From contig OZ244836.1 of the NCBI GenBank assembly GCA_965220645.1, positions 1,152,237 through 1,216,236 on the forward strand: DNA of 64,000 nt. Reading direction: 5' to 3'. Source of the stretch: Candidatus Aldehydirespirator sp. (GTDB lineage: Bacteria; Actinomycetota; Acidimicrobiia; Acidimicrobiales; Aldehydirespiratoraceae). Of this stretch, positions 39,356 to 49,576 are shown piece after piece. How positions within the stretch are numbered: the first letter of the stretch is position 1; each line of letters opens with the position of its first letter. The notes beneath the pieces were generated by a model. It did no database searches and had not been told where the DNA came from. It saw nothing but the letters and a program-made list of their open reading frames with translations. The position numbers and the translations under genes are program-made.

Positions 39356-40495
39356 GTGGCCGTCACGGAAGCGGAGGTGATCGAGGCCCTCCGACCCGTG
39401 GAGGACCCCGAGTTGCACCGCAGCATCGTCGACCTCGGCATGTACAGGGGTTTCACGATCGACGGTGGCCATGCCGACGTGCGAATCGCGCTCACCGTGG
39501 CGGGCTGCCCGCTGCGCAGCGAGATCCAGCGCCGGGTGACCGACGCGCTGGTCGCACTCGACGGCGTGGCCGCGGTCACTCTCGACTTCACGGTGATGAC
39601 CGACGCCGAACGGGCCGAGCTGCGCGCCAATCTGCACGGCAATCCGGCCGCCACAGCTGGCTCTGCCCCCGCCCACGGCCACGCCGAGGGCCGGGCCATC
39701 CCGTTCGCCGAGCCCGGCAACGCCACCCGCACGCTGCTGATCGCCTCGGGCAAGGGCGGGGTGGGGAAATCATCGGTCACCGCCAACCTGGCCATCGCCC
39801 TCGCAGCCCGGGGCCACTCCACGGCAGTGGTGGACGCCGACGTGTGGGGCTTCTCGATACCGCGGATGCTGGGGGTCGACCGGGCCCCCGTGGTGATCGA
39901 CGACATGATCGTGCCGCCCGAGGTGCACGGAGTGCGCTGCATCTCGATGGGCTTCTTCGCCCAGGAGGACCAGCCGGTGATCTGGCGGGGGCCCATGCTG
40001 CACAAGGCCCTCGAGCAGTTCCTCACCGACGTGTTCTGGGACGATCCCGACTATCTGCTGGTCGACCTCCCGCCCGGCACCGGCGACATATCGCTGTCGC
40101 TGGCGCAGTTCCTGCCCCGGGCCGAGGCCTACGTGGTGACCACGCCCAACCCCGCGGCCCAGAGAGTGGCCCAGCGCTCGGCTTTCATGTTCGCCAAGGT
40201 GAACATCGCCGTGCGAGGCGTGATTGAGAACATGGCGTGGTTCACCGGCGACGACGGCAAGCGCTACCTGCTCTTCGGCTCAGGCGGCGGTGCGGAGCTT
40301 GCCCGGACACTCGACGTGGAACTCATAGGCCAGGTCCCGATGACCATCCCACTGCGTGAGGGCAGCGATCACGGTCGGCCCATAATGGCCGTGGACCCTG
40401 GTTCTGAGACATCGGGGGTCTTCGCCGCGATGGCGTCGTGGATCGAAGCCCACGGCCCCACCAAGCGAACCCACCCCGAACTGAAAATCGTCTGA
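39356..40495 (+). CDS. mrp: Mrp/NBP35 (ApbC) family Fe-S cluster carrier ATPase with an N-terminal DUF59 domain
   Basis: DUF59-like VEDPELHRSIVDLGM, deviant Walker A SGKGGVGKSS, and PPGTGD. Confidence 0.9.
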   Translation: MAVTEAEVIEALRPVEDPELHRSIVDLGMYRGFTIDGGHADVRIALTVAGCPLRSEIQRRVTDALVALDGVAAVTLDFTVMTDAERAELRANLHGNPAATAGSAPAHGHAEGRAIPFAEPGNATRTLLIASGKGGVGKSSVTANLAIALAARGHSTAVVDADVWGFSIPRMLGVDRAPVVIDDMIVPPEVHGVRCISMGFFAQEDQPVIWRGPMLHKALEQFLTDVFWDDPDYLLVDLPPGTGDISLSLAQFLPRAEAYVVTTPNPAAQRVAQRSAFMFAKVNIAVRGVIENMAWFTGDDGKRYLLFGSGGGAELARTLDVELIGQVPMTIPLREGSDHGRPIMAVDPGSETSGVFAAMASWIEAHGPTKRTHPELKIV

Positions 40496-40554
40496 GAAAC
40501 CCGGGGCCGGGCCAGGAACCGACAGCCACCGACGGCACAGCCAAGGAGAACAGA

Positions 40555-40782
40555 GTGGAGCTTCGCATCGGCATCGCCGACAACCCCCAGCCCATCACGG
40601 TGACCCTTCCCGATGAAGCCGACCGCGAGAACGTCAAGGCGTCGGTCGAGGCAGCACTGAACGGAGAGGTTCCGGTGCTGTGGCTGACCGATGACAAGGG
40701 CCGAGAGATAGCGGTGGCCGCGTCGCGGGTCACCCACGTCGAGATGGGCCCACCCGGCTCCAACCCGATCGGGTTCGGCTAA
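40555..40782 (+). CDS. DUF3107 domain-containing protein
   Basis: AAGGAG lies upstream of GTG 40555. The 75-aa VELRIGIADNPQPITV...VLWLTDDKGREIAV pattern is typical of the small actinobacterial DUF3107 proteins. Confidence 0.65.
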   Translation: MELRIGIADNPQPITVTLPDEADRENVKASVEAALNGEVPVLWLTDDKGREIAVAASRVTHVEMGPPGSNPIGFG

Positions 40783-40801
40783 GAGGCTGAGCGGACGGGC
40801 G

Positions 40802-42403
40802 ATGGTCGGTCTCGCGGAGCTGGCCCGAGCCGGGACCGCCCTCGACGAGCACTCCATCGATCATCTCCACCGGCTGGTGGGCTCGTGGGCACCGCTGGCC
40901 GACCTGTCCTTCGGGGACCTGCTGCTGTACGCCCCCTGTGTCGGCGGATTCGATCCGGCCACGGTGGACGTCCCTTCCGACCGGGCGGCAGGCGAGACCG
41001 CCGATGACGCCAACGGCGGCTTCGTGGTCTTGGCTCATGCTCGGGCCAACACCGGGCCCACGGTTCATGTGGTCGACCCGGTGGGCACCATCGTTCAGGG
41101 ACCGGCCTTGGCGTGGCTGCAGGCCGCGATGGATACCGGCGAGGCGGGCGAAGCAGAGGTGGCAGAGGTCGGTTCGCTGCCCGTCGTGGGCGATGACACG
41201 GTCGTGGAGGAGGCCGACAGCCTGCCGCTACGCGACCGCCGCCGCGTCGTGGACTATGTGCCCGTCCGGTGCGGCGACGCGCCCGTGGCGGTGCTCTCTC
41301 GTGAGGCGGCACCGGCCCCAATCCGCCACGAGAATCCGCTGGAGACCGCCTACCGCGGCCTCTACGCGCGTTTCGCGCGGATGATCGCGGAGGGCGCGTT
41401 CCCTTACGAGCGCATGGAGCGCGTGGGCGAGTTCCGCGAGCCGCGCGTGGGCGACGGGGTGCTGGTGCTGGACCGGGAGGGCCGGATCAGCTACGCCTCG
41501 CCCAACGCCCGCAGTGCTCTGCACCGGCTGGGCGTGATGCGCTCGGTTCCAGGCTCCAGCCTCGGTGACCTCGGACTCGACGACACGGTTGTGCGGCGTT
41601 CGTTCTGGCGGCGGCGCTCCACAGTGGCCGAGTTCACGGCCGGATCGATGATCGTGGTCGTGCTGCGCGCCTACCCCATGGTGGCCGACGACCGGATCAC
41701 CGGTGCGGTGGCCATGCTCCGCGACGTATCCGAGTTGCGCCATCACGACCGGTTGCTGCTGTCGAAGGATGCAACGATCCGCGAGATCCACCACCGGGTG
41801 AAGAACAACCTTCAGACGGTGAGCTCGCTGCTGCAGCTCCAGGCTCGCCGGCTCGGCAGCGCCGAGGCGAAGGCAGCTGTGGAGAGCTCGGTGCGCCGCG
41901 TCTCGTCGATCGCCATGGTGCATGAGCACCTGGCGCTCGACATCACCTCTGAAGTCAACTTCGACGAGATCGTGGGTCCGCTCGTGCATCTGGTCGAGGA
42001 GGGGCTGGCCCCGGTGGAGCGGCCGCTGAAGATTCGAGTGGAGGGGACTGTCGGCGAGATCGACGGAGAGACGGCGATGCCGCTGGCGGTGGTGCTGGTG
42101 GAACTGGTGCAAAACGCCTTCCAGCATGCTGCACCCCCCGCCGGTCCGGGGGAACTCGTCGAGGTGCGTCTGGCGCGCACCGCCACGACGCTGACCATGC
42201 GCATCACCGATGACGGTCCCGGCGTGGGTGAGGGTTTCTCGCTGGACCGTGATGCCGGGCTCGGCCTCACTATCGTGCGAACCTTCGTGGTGCACGACCT
42301 TGGCGGCTCGATCACCATCAAGGCGGCATCGGCCGACGCGCCCCGCGGCACGATGATCGAGGTCTCAGTGCCCCGCCGCCCCGGTCTAGTGCCGGTTGGC
42401 TAG
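40802..42403 (+). CDS. pdtaS: sensor histidine kinase, PdtaS-like (GAF/PAS - HisKA_2 - HATPase)
   Basis: HisKA_2 H-box EIHHRVKNNLQTVSSLLQLQ and ATPase N/G boxes (LVQNAFQHA, DDGPGV, GLGLTIV). There are no TM segments. Confidence 0.75.
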   Translation: MVGLAELARAGTALDEHSIDHLHRLVGSWAPLADLSFGDLLLYAPCVGGFDPATVDVPSDRAAGETADDANGGFVVLAHARANTGPTVHVVDPVGTIVQGPALAWLQAAMDTGEAGEAEVAEVGSLPVVGDDTVVEEADSLPLRDRRRVVDYVPVRCGDAPVAVLSREAAPAPIRHENPLETAYRGLYARFARMIAEGAFPYERMERVGEFREPRVGDGVLVLDREGRISYASPNARSALHRLGVMRSVPGSSLGDLGLDDTVVRRSFWRRRSTVAEFTAGSMIVVVLRAYPMVADDRITGAVAMLRDVSELRHHDRLLLSKDATIREIHHRVKNNLQTVSSLLQLQARRLGSAEAKAAVESSVRRVSSIAMVHEHLALDITSEVNFDEIVGPLVHLVEEGLAPVERPLKIRVEGTVGEIDGETAMPLAVVLVELVQNAFQHAAPPAGPGELVEVRLARTATTLTMRITDDGPGVGEGFSLDRDAGLGLTIVRTFVVHDLGGSITIKAASADAPRGTMIEVSVPRRPGLVPVG

Positions 42404-42427
42404 CGGCTGTCTCGAATTTGCCGACTT

Positions 42428-43801
42428 CTAGGGGCCGGCACGGCCCGATACGAGTCGACGAGCGATCTCATTGTGGCGGCGGACCAGAGCTTCGACGTCG
42501 ACGGTAAGGATCCTGCCATCTCTGACCACCTGGCGGCCGTTGATGATTGAAAGGTCCACGCGATCGACCGAACACAGCAGCAGCGCCGCGACTGGATCAT
42601 GGACCGCGCCGCCCGCCATGGCGACAGTGTGAAGATCGATTCCGATCACGTCCGCTGCCTTCCCGGCCTCGAGGGAGCCGAGCTCGTTGAGGCGACCGAG
42701 AATCGAGGCGCCGCCCAAGGTCGCAATGCGCAGCCCTGCTTCGACCCCGAGGCCTTCCGCGCCATGTATGGCCCGCTGCAACAGCACAGCAGTGCGAGCT
42801 TCAGCCAGCAAATGACCTGTGTCGTTGCTGGCCGAGCCGTCAACGCCTAGTCCGACCTTGACGCCCGTCTCCAACATGTCGCGCACGCGGCACACGCCGG
42901 ATCCGAGCCGCATGTTCGACGACGGACAGTGAGAGACTCCGGTGCCCGTCTCGGCCAACATCGCGACTTCGGCGTCGTTCAGGTGTACGGCATGTGCCCA
43001 CCAGACGTCGGGTCCGACCCAACCAACTTCCTCCATGTATTGGGCCGGACGCTGCCCGAATCGCTGGTTGCAGTACTCGATCTCGTCGAGCGTCTCTGCG
43101 ACGTGGGTGTGCAGGGTGACGTTGGGGTACGACCGGGCGAGCGCTGCCGATTCCCTCATGAGTTCCTTGGTGACGACGAACGGAGTGCATGGCGCGAGGC
43201 CGATGCGCACCATCGCGAGAGGCGACGGGTCGTGGTAGTTCTCGACGAGCCGGACACAGTCGTCGATGACCGCGTCCTCGTCCTCAACGAGGTTGTCGCC
43301 TACTAGCCCGCCATCGCTCTCGCCCATGGACATCGATCCTCGCGTGGCGTGCAGACGCAGGCCGATCTCCGACGCGGCCTCGATCTGAGCATCGAGCTTG
43401 ACGTCGTTCTTGAAGATGTAGTGGTGATCGCTGCTCGTTGTGCAGCCGGACAGCAAGAGTTCGGCCATCGAGGTCAACGAAGCGATCCTGACTGACTCGG
43501 TGTCGATATCGGAGTAGAGGGGCACAAGTCGCCGCAACCAGTCGAAAAGCCCGCAGTCCTGCGCTCCGGGCACGGCGCGGAACAAGGATTGGAAGAAGTG
43601 GTGGTGCGTGTTGATGAGGCCGGGGGCAAGGGCCCGCCCTCTCGCGTCGATGATCTCGTCCGCAGTGTTGGGCAGGTCCGGCGTGGGCCCCACTTGCTCG
43701 ATGACGTTGTCGCGGATGTAGATCCCACCGCCTGGAATCGTGGTCCCTAGCGGGTCCAGGGTGATAACGACATCAGCATCTTTGAGCAGCAGAGTAGACA
43801 T
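42428..43801 (-). CDS. amidohydrolase, 8-oxoguanine deaminase/chlorohydrolase-like
   Basis: Contains LLLKDADVVITLD, the metal motif LINTHHHFFQS, and later HTHVAE and HAVHL. Confidence 0.8.
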   Translation of the reverse strand: MSTLLLKDADVVITLDPLGTTIPGGGIYIRDNVIEQVGPTPDLPNTADEIIDARGRALAPGLINTHHHFFQSLFRAVPGAQDCGLFDWLRRLVPLYSDIDTESVRIASLTSMAELLLSGCTTSSDHHYIFKNDVKLDAQIEAASEIGLRLHATRGSMSMGESDGGLVGDNLVEDEDAVIDDCVRLVENYHDPSPLAMVRIGLAPCTPFVVTKELMRESAALARSYPNVTLHTHVAETLDEIEYCNQRFGQRPAQYMEEVGWVGPDVWWAHAVHLNDAEVAMLAETGTGVSHCPSSNMRLGSGVCRVRDMLETGVKVGLGVDGSASNDTGHLLAEARTAVLLQRAIHGAEGLGVEAGLRIATLGGASILGRLNELGSLEAGKAADVIGIDLHTVAMAGGAVHDPVAALLLCSVDRVDLSIINGRQVVRDGRILTVDVEALVRRHNEIARRLVSGRAGP

Positions 43802-43852
43802 GCCGTCAACCCGGCTCGGGGATCTGACCGGCCATCGATTCGTGCCTGGGAC

Positions 43853-44740
43853 TCAGTGGCCGGTGTGCGTTCGCTGAGGGGGCGCCTCGGGCCGTACGTT
43901 TCGGATGAGACCTTGAGGAACGGCGCCTGGCACGTGGTAGTCGTGCGATCGATACAAGCGACGGCCGTTCGCTGACAACCCGATGGTCTCGAGCAGCAGC
44001 AATGGTGCACCCGGCCTCAGGTTCAAGACTCTGGCGGTGTCATCGTCTGCGGATACGGCCGTCGGCAGGGCAAGCTCCCACGTAACGGGCTCGCCACGGA
44101 GCCGTTGGGCCAGAATCAGAATCGACTCCGCTGGATCGATCTCGCTGCTGTCGCCAGGGTGCAAAGGGAGCGTGTCGATCGCGACCCGGGCCGGGGTCGA
44201 GTCGGCGTCCCATCGCTTTGTGATCTTGATGGCCGGTGTGCCCTCGGGAACGTCGAATACGTCGGCGTCGGTGCCCGTGAGCTCGATGTCTTCGCAGCTC
44301 TCAAGATGCAGCGATGGAATGGCACCCGACGCCCTGATGACCTCGCTGAACTCGCCCTGCTCATCGAATCGTCCGGCGAGCTGCAGGGCGTCGCGATTGA
44401 CGATAGTTGCGGCTCCCTGGCGCCGGTAGACCACGCCCGTTGCCTCGAGCTTGGCGATTGCCTCACGCAACGCGGGCCTGGCTACCCCGAGCTGCTCGGC
44501 GATTCCAACCTCGCCACCTAGCGTGGCCGGGTCCTCGTCGTTGATGCTGTCGCGCCAGAGCGACAGCACGCGGTCCTCAAGGGGGAGCCGCTGCTTGTGG
44601 TGTGCCTTCTTCACGCCCAATGCCTGCCTCTTGATGATCTTGATCTTGCCGCAGCAGGGCAAACTACTGGTCGCCCGGTGCCCCTTGCGCCATCGTGTCG
44701 CCGCGCTATGAACGAGCCATCGATCAGGTCCTGCTGCCAA
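43853..44740 (-). CDS. GntR family transcriptional regulator (HutC/UTRA-like)
   Basis: wHTH region GGEVGIAEQLGVARPALREAIAKLEATGVVYRRQGAATIV. The true start is probably downstream of ATG 44740 (uncertain). Confidence 0.7.
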   Translation of the reverse strand: MAAGPDRWLVHSAATRWRKGHRATSSLPCCGKIKIIKRQALGVKKAHHKQRLPLEDRVLSLWRDSINDEDPATLGGEVGIAEQLGVARPALREAIAKLEATGVVYRRQGAATIVNRDALQLAGRFDEQGEFSEVIRASGAIPSLHLESCEDIELTGTDADVFDVPEGTPAIKITKRWDADSTPARVAIDTLPLHPGDSSEIDPAESILILAQRLRGEPVTWELALPTAVSADDDTARVLNLRPGAPLLLLETIGLSANGRRLYRSHDYHVPGAVPQGLIRNVRPEAPPQRTHTGH

Positions 44741-44756
44741 CTTACAACGGGCCGCA

Positions 44757-44769
44757 CTTGTCAGACAAG
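44757..44769. promoter_or_regulatory. candidate GntR operator palindrome in the divergent intergenic region
   Basis: cttgtc-a-gacaag has perfect 6-bp arms and fits the GntR-family GT-N-AC core. Confidence 0.4.
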
Positions 44770-44842
44770 TAATTGACAGTCCGGCCCGTGCGGCCTACGG
44801 TTGCCTTACAACTCTTGCAGACGTTTGGGGGGACGGAAGTAC

Positions 44843-45613
44843 ATGGCCGAAGCTCGATGGGCCGGGCGACACGAGGCTAAGGACAACCTCAGGCAGGAGG
44901 TCTGGTCCGCGCTCGAACTCAACTCCACTGGCGTTGGAGCCGTCCGCAGCCGCATCCCGAACTACGTGCGAGCCCACGAGGCGGCTGATCGGCTGGCGAC
45001 GCTGGAGATCTGGAAGCGAGCAGCCGTCGTCAAGTCGAACCCGGATCCCGCGCAGTCGCACGTCCGCCTTCGCGCCCTTCAGGACGGCAAGACCCTCTAT
45101 GCGCCGGTCCCGGAGCTCACCAAGTCGTTTCCCTTCGTGCGCCTCGATCCAGAGGATCTCCAGTCGCGGCGGATCTCGTTCGAGAACGTGATGTTCTCCG
45201 AGGGCGCCGTCGAGATCGGCATTCCGGTCGAATTCGACGAAATGGACCCGTTCGACCTCGTCGTAGTGGGCTGCGTTGCCGTGACCCGGGCGGGGGCACG
45301 CATGGGCAAGGGCGGAGGGTTCGCTGATCTGGAGCTGGGGATATTTCGCGACGCTGGCCTAGTCCGGCCCGACACGCCGATCGTGACCACCGTGCACGGC
45401 TCGCAAGTCGTTGACGACGGACGAGTAGCAATGGTTGGGCACGACACGCCGCTCGATTGGGTCATCACGCCGGATGAAGTGATCGAGACGCGCACTGTCT
45501 ACCCACGACCTGGTGGCGTCGATTGGCAATCCGTTCAAGCCGACCAACTCGCGGGGATCCCGTTCCTGGGCGATCTGCGCGCCCGGTTGGAGGGAGCCCA
45601 TGAGAGCACATGA
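44843..45613 (+). CDS. 5-formyltetrahydrofolate cyclo-ligase family protein
   Basis: Contains AKDNLRQEVWSAL and GARMGKGGGFADLE (the GxGGGYYD-type motif). It is longer than canonical MTHFS. Confidence 0.55.
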   Translation: MAEARWAGRHEAKDNLRQEVWSALELNSTGVGAVRSRIPNYVRAHEAADRLATLEIWKRAAVVKSNPDPAQSHVRLRALQDGKTLYAPVPELTKSFPFVRLDPEDLQSRRISFENVMFSEGAVEIGIPVEFDEMDPFDLVVVGCVAVTRAGARMGKGGGFADLELGIFRDAGLVRPDTPIVTTVHGSQVVDDGRVAMVGHDTPLDWVITPDEVIETRTVYPRPGGVDWQSVQADQLAGIPFLGDLRARLEGAHEST

Positions 45614-45697
45614 TCGCGGAGCGCGAAGTGCGCTCCCTGCGAGGGGCCGCCGTAACAAGCGGTCTGAGGACAAACGCCTTCTACAAGGGGGAACTCA

Positions 45698-46717
45698 ATG
45701 ATCAAGAAACGACTGCAACTCCTGACCGCAGTGCTGCTGGCGCTGGCGCTGTTGACGGCGGGTTGCTCAGGCGACACGGATGCGCCCTCGAGCGCAGATG
45801 ATGCGGGGCCCGCCCGCGTCGCCCTAGTGATGTCGGGATCCATCAATGATGGCGGCTGGAACCAGGGTGCTTACGAGGGGCTCGATGCCCTCACGAGCCA
45901 AGGCTTCGACACCTCGTTCACCGAGGACGTGGCGCAGGCCGACATACCGTCGACGGTCGAGGGCTATGCGCTCGACGGCTACGACCTCGTGATCGGCCAC
46001 GGCTTCGAGTTCGGTACGACGGTCTCGGAGTTGGCGCCGGAGTATCCCGACACGAACTTCTTCGCAACCACGTTCATACCCGATCCAGATGTTCCTCTGT
46101 CGTCCAACCTCACGTTCGTCGACGCCCAGTACTACACCATCTCCTACGCCGCCGGTGCCCTGGCTGCGCTTCAGTCGGAGTCCGGCGTAGTCGGAATCGT
46201 CGGTGGTGGGGACAACCCGACGCAGCAGACCATGCTCCTCGCCTTCAAGGCCGGAGCGACTGAGACCGTCAGCGGTGTGGAGGCATTGGACGTCCTGACC
46301 GGGAGCTATGACGATCCACAGCTCGGACGTGAAGCCGCCACGGCGATGATCGGCCAGGGCGCCGACGTGATCCTCCATATCGCGGACACGACCGGGCTCG
46401 GGGCTATCGAAGGGGCCACCGAGCAGGGCGTGGCAGTCATCGGGTTCTACCAGGACCAGACCCAGACGGCCCCGGACCTGATGCTCACCAGCTTCAGGAT
46501 GGAGCTAGCGGACATGGTTGAGTTCCTGGGTCAGAACGTGGGCAGCGCTGACTATCCCGCAGGAACGGAATGGGCTCCCTCTACCGAGTTCATGTGGACT
46601 TTCACATACGGTGGGGACGACTACAACGCGGACCTCATGTCCTCCGACGTGTGGGGCCAGTTCGAGAGCGTCTTCGAGGAGGTCAACTCGGGCGCGATCT
46701 CCGTCCCAACCCACTAA
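45698..46717 (+). CDS. BMP family ABC transporter substrate-binding lipoprotein (nucleoside/purine-type)
   Basis: Signal peptide plus lipobox LLTAGCSG. Contains GSINDGGWNQGAYEGL and GHGFEF, typical of Bmp/PnrA-like proteins. Confidence 0.8.
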   Translation: MIKKRLQLLTAVLLALALLTAGCSGDTDAPSSADDAGPARVALVMSGSINDGGWNQGAYEGLDALTSQGFDTSFTEDVAQADIPSTVEGYALDGYDLVIGHGFEFGTTVSELAPEYPDTNFFATTFIPDPDVPLSSNLTFVDAQYYTISYAAGALAALQSESGVVGIVGGGDNPTQQTMLLAFKAGATETVSGVEALDVLTGSYDDPQLGREAATAMIGQGADVILHIADTTGLGAIEGATEQGVAVIGFYQDQTQTAPDLMLTSFRMELADMVEFLGQNVGSADYPAGTEWAPSTEFMWTFTYGGDDYNADLMSSDVWGQFESVFEEVNSGAISVPTH

Positions 46718-46732
46718 GCAGAGACACAAGCG

Positions 46733-46772
46733 AGTACGGCAAGTCGTTGGCAATCCAACGGCTTGCCGTACT
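46733..46772 (+). terminator. long hairpin directly after the BMP SBP gene (attenuator/mRNA-stabiliser type)
   Basis: 18-bp stem agtacggcaagtcgttgg / ccaacggcttgccgtact with one G-U pair and a 4-nt loop caat. Confidence 0.6.
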
Positions 46773-46838
46773 TAGCTCCCCGCGTGTGGTCGAATACTCC
46801 CGTGCCGCGAGGATGAAGCGAGGGAGTGGACAACCGGA

Positions 46839-48353
46839 ATGAGGGTGGAGCTCCGAGGCATCACGAAGATCTTTCCCGGCGTCGTCGCGAACAACTCTGT
46901 CGACTTCACTGTCGAGACCGGGGAGGTTCATGCGCTCCTCGGTGAGAACGGCGCCGGCAAGAGCACCCTCATGAACGTCCTCTACGGTCTCGTGCAACGC
47001 GACGCCGGGACGGTCGACATCGACGGCGCATCTGTCGAGATTCGTAGACCCTCCGACGCGATCGCGCTCGGAATCGGGATGGTCCATCAGGACTTCCTGC
47101 TGATCCCGAGGATGACCGTCCTCGACAACGTCCTCGTCGGGGTGAGGTCGGGGCCTGGTGCGGGGCCGTACGGCGCGCTGGACCGCGACAACGCCCGGGA
47201 GCAGCTGAGGGTTCTGTCGAGTGAGTACGGGCTGGGTGTCAACCCGGAGTCCCGCGTGGCGGACCTCTCGGTCGGTGAGCAGCAGCGCGTCGAGATTCTC
47301 AAGCTTCTGTTCCGCGAGGCTCAACTGCTGATCCTCGACGAGCCGACTTCGGTGCTGGGACCGGTCGAGTCTGCGGGTCTGTTCGAGGTCATCAACCGTC
47401 TGCGCGATCACGGCGAGAGCATTGTCCTCATCACTCACAAGCTCAAGGAGGTTCTGACCCATACGGACAACGTCACGGTGATGCGCGCCGGCCGGAACGT
47501 CGCCACGAAGAGGACATCATCGACGACGGCCCGCGAGCTTGCGGAGTTGATGGTGGGAGAGAGCGAGCTGGACGAACTCCGGAGCGAGCGGAGCGCGCCG
47601 CCTGAGGAGCGCCCGGCTGTGCGGGTGGACCATGTAGACCTCACCGACGCCGCGGGCGTCGCCAGGCTCGCCGACGTGTCCCTGGAGGTCAGGCAGGGGG
47701 AGATCTTCGGCATCGCAGGCGTCAACGGCAACGGCCAGAGCGAGCTCGCCGAAGTCATTGTCGGGCTCCAGAGGCAGACCGGCGGCAACGTACAACTGGA
47801 CGGAGAGGCGATCGACCGTCATTCCGTGTCGATGCGACGCCACGCCGGTGTGCGCTACGTGCCTGCTGACCGGCGAGGCGTCGGATCCATCGAGGCGCTG
47901 TCTATCACGGAGAACATCATCCTCGGGTCATGCGGCCGGTTCAGCAGACACGGGTTCGTGCAGCGACGGGACGCAGCTCGAGAGGCCGAGGATCTCATCG
48001 ACCGATTCGAGGTGCTCACGCCCTCGACCGAGTGCCCAGCGGGCAACCTGTCGGGCGGCAACCTCCAGAAGATGATCCTCGCCCGAGAACTCGAGGGGGG
48101 CGCGCGGTTGCTGGTCGTTGAGCAGCCGACTAGGGGGCTCGATGTCAAGGCCACCGTTCGAGTGCGCCAGACGCTCCTCGACTGCCGTGACGCCGGGATC
48201 GCCGTGTTGCTGATATCAGTCGACCTCGACGAGTTGCTGGAGCTCTCGGACCGCATCGGCGTCATGTTCGACGGCCGCGTGATCGCAGTCGTCGTCAATG
48301 ATGATGTCGATGTCGGCGATCTCGGACTCCTGATGGCCGGCGTGGAGTCATGA
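46839..48353 (+). CDS. ABC transporter ATP-binding protein with duplicated ATPase domains
   Basis: Walker A GENGAGKST and a degenerate second P-loop GVNGNGQSE, signatures LSVGEQQR and LSGGNLQK, Walker B LLILDEPT and LLVVEQPT. Confidence 0.9.
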   Translation: MRVELRGITKIFPGVVANNSVDFTVETGEVHALLGENGAGKSTLMNVLYGLVQRDAGTVDIDGASVEIRRPSDAIALGIGMVHQDFLLIPRMTVLDNVLVGVRSGPGAGPYGALDRDNAREQLRVLSSEYGLGVNPESRVADLSVGEQQRVEILKLLFREAQLLILDEPTSVLGPVESAGLFEVINRLRDHGESIVLITHKLKEVLTHTDNVTVMRAGRNVATKRTSSTTARELAELMVGESELDELRSERSAPPEERPAVRVDHVDLTDAAGVARLADVSLEVRQGEIFGIAGVNGNGQSELAEVIVGLQRQTGGNVQLDGEAIDRHSVSMRRHAGVRYVPADRRGVGSIEALSITENIILGSCGRFSRHGFVQRRDAAREAEDLIDRFEVLTPSTECPAGNLSGGNLQKMILARELEGGARLLVVEQPTRGLDVKATVRVRQTLLDCRDAGIAVLLISVDLDELLELSDRIGVMFDGRVIAVVVNDDVDVGDLGLLMAGVES

Positions 48354-49576
48354 GTCGACAAGACGCTCCGCCACTGATCGAACGCCGTCTGGTTCCGATC
48401 GGTGGGCCGGGATTCGGAATCGCCATCGCGCTCGCCGCCATGGCCACCGGCCTGCTGCTCGGAGGGTTGCTGTTCATCCCTTTCGACAGCTCGCCGGTCG
48501 ATGGGTACTCGACGCTGTTCCGGGAGGGGTTCGGCACTAGCCGCGGGCTTGGCGACACCCTTGTGCGGGCGGCACCCCTGATCTTCATCGGTCTGGGCAC
48601 GATCGTCACCTGGCGGGCCGGCTTCTTCTTTCTGGGCTTCCAGGGATGCCTGCTGATGGGGGCTACCGGTGCGGCGCTCGTTGCTCTCCCAGCTGCCGAC
48701 GGGCGACCGCTGGATTGGGCGCCGACCGCCGTGTTGATCCCGCTGACGCTGGTTGCCGCCGCGGTGACCGCGGGCGTCTGGAGCGGGATCGTCGGCTACC
48801 TCAAGGCCCGTCACGACGGCAACGAAGTGCTGCTGTCGCTGATGATGAACTTCGTTGCCGCCTTCCTGCTGAACTATCTGGTGAGCGGGCCCATGCGGGC
48901 CAAGGGAGCGCTTCCACAGACCGAGCGGCTGGACGAGTCCGCCCACCTGCCGCTGCTCCTCGGCCCGTCGAACAATCTCCACTTCGGCGTGATCGTCGCG
49001 GTCCTCCTCGTCGGCGTCATCGCCGGCGTCTTCCACCTGACGGCGCTCGGGTTCGACCTGAGTGCCATGGGCCACAACCCCAGAGCGGCCCACTACGGCG
49101 GGATAGACATCGCCAAGAGAACAATTCAGGCCTCTGTGCTCGGCGGTGCTCTCGCCGGCCTCGCGGGATGGTCGCAGGTGCTCGGCGTCCAGTACCGACT
49201 GCTCGACGGCCTCGACACGACCACGGGATTCGAGGGGATCGTGGCGGCGCTGCTAGGAGGGTTGGCGCCGATCGGAACGGCGGTGGCGTCATTCCTGCTG
49301 GGTGGCCTGTCGGTTGGAGCTCAGGTCATGCAGCGCCGGTCGGGGATTCCCGCGTCGATGGCTCAAGTGATCCAGGGCCTGATCGTTCTCGCCATTCTCG
49401 CCAGCGGGCCGCTGCGCTATTACAAGTTCAACCTGCGAGCCGTGTTGGGGGCAGGCCCGATCGGTCCCCGCGACGATGGCCCAGGCGGGCCGCCGGCCAC
49501 GCCCCCTGCACCGGCTGACTCGGCCGCTGAACCGGCGGAGCGCCCAACCCCGACGACGCCAGGACCGGGGGTGTGA
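48350..49576 (+). CDS. ABC transporter permease
   Basis: ATGA overlap with the ATPase gene. Polytopic protein with a Pro/Ala-rich C-terminal tail. Confidence 0.8.
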   Translation: MSRQDAPPLIERRLVPIGGPGFGIAIALAAMATGLLLGGLLFIPFDSSPVDGYSTLFREGFGTSRGLGDTLVRAAPLIFIGLGTIVTWRAGFFFLGFQGCLLMGATGAALVALPAADGRPLDWAPTAVLIPLTLVAAAVTAGVWSGIVGYLKARHDGNEVLLSLMMNFVAAFLLNYLVSGPMRAKGALPQTERLDESAHLPLLLGPSNNLHFGVIVAVLLVGVIAGVFHLTALGFDLSAMGHNPRAAHYGGIDIAKRTIQASVLGGALAGLAGWSQVLGVQYRLLDGLDTTTGFEGIVAALLGGLAPIGTAVASFLLGGLSVGAQVMQRRSGIPASMAQVIQGLIVLAILASGPLRYYKFNLRAVLGAGPIGPRDDGPGGPPATPPAPADSAAEPAERPTPTTPGPGV

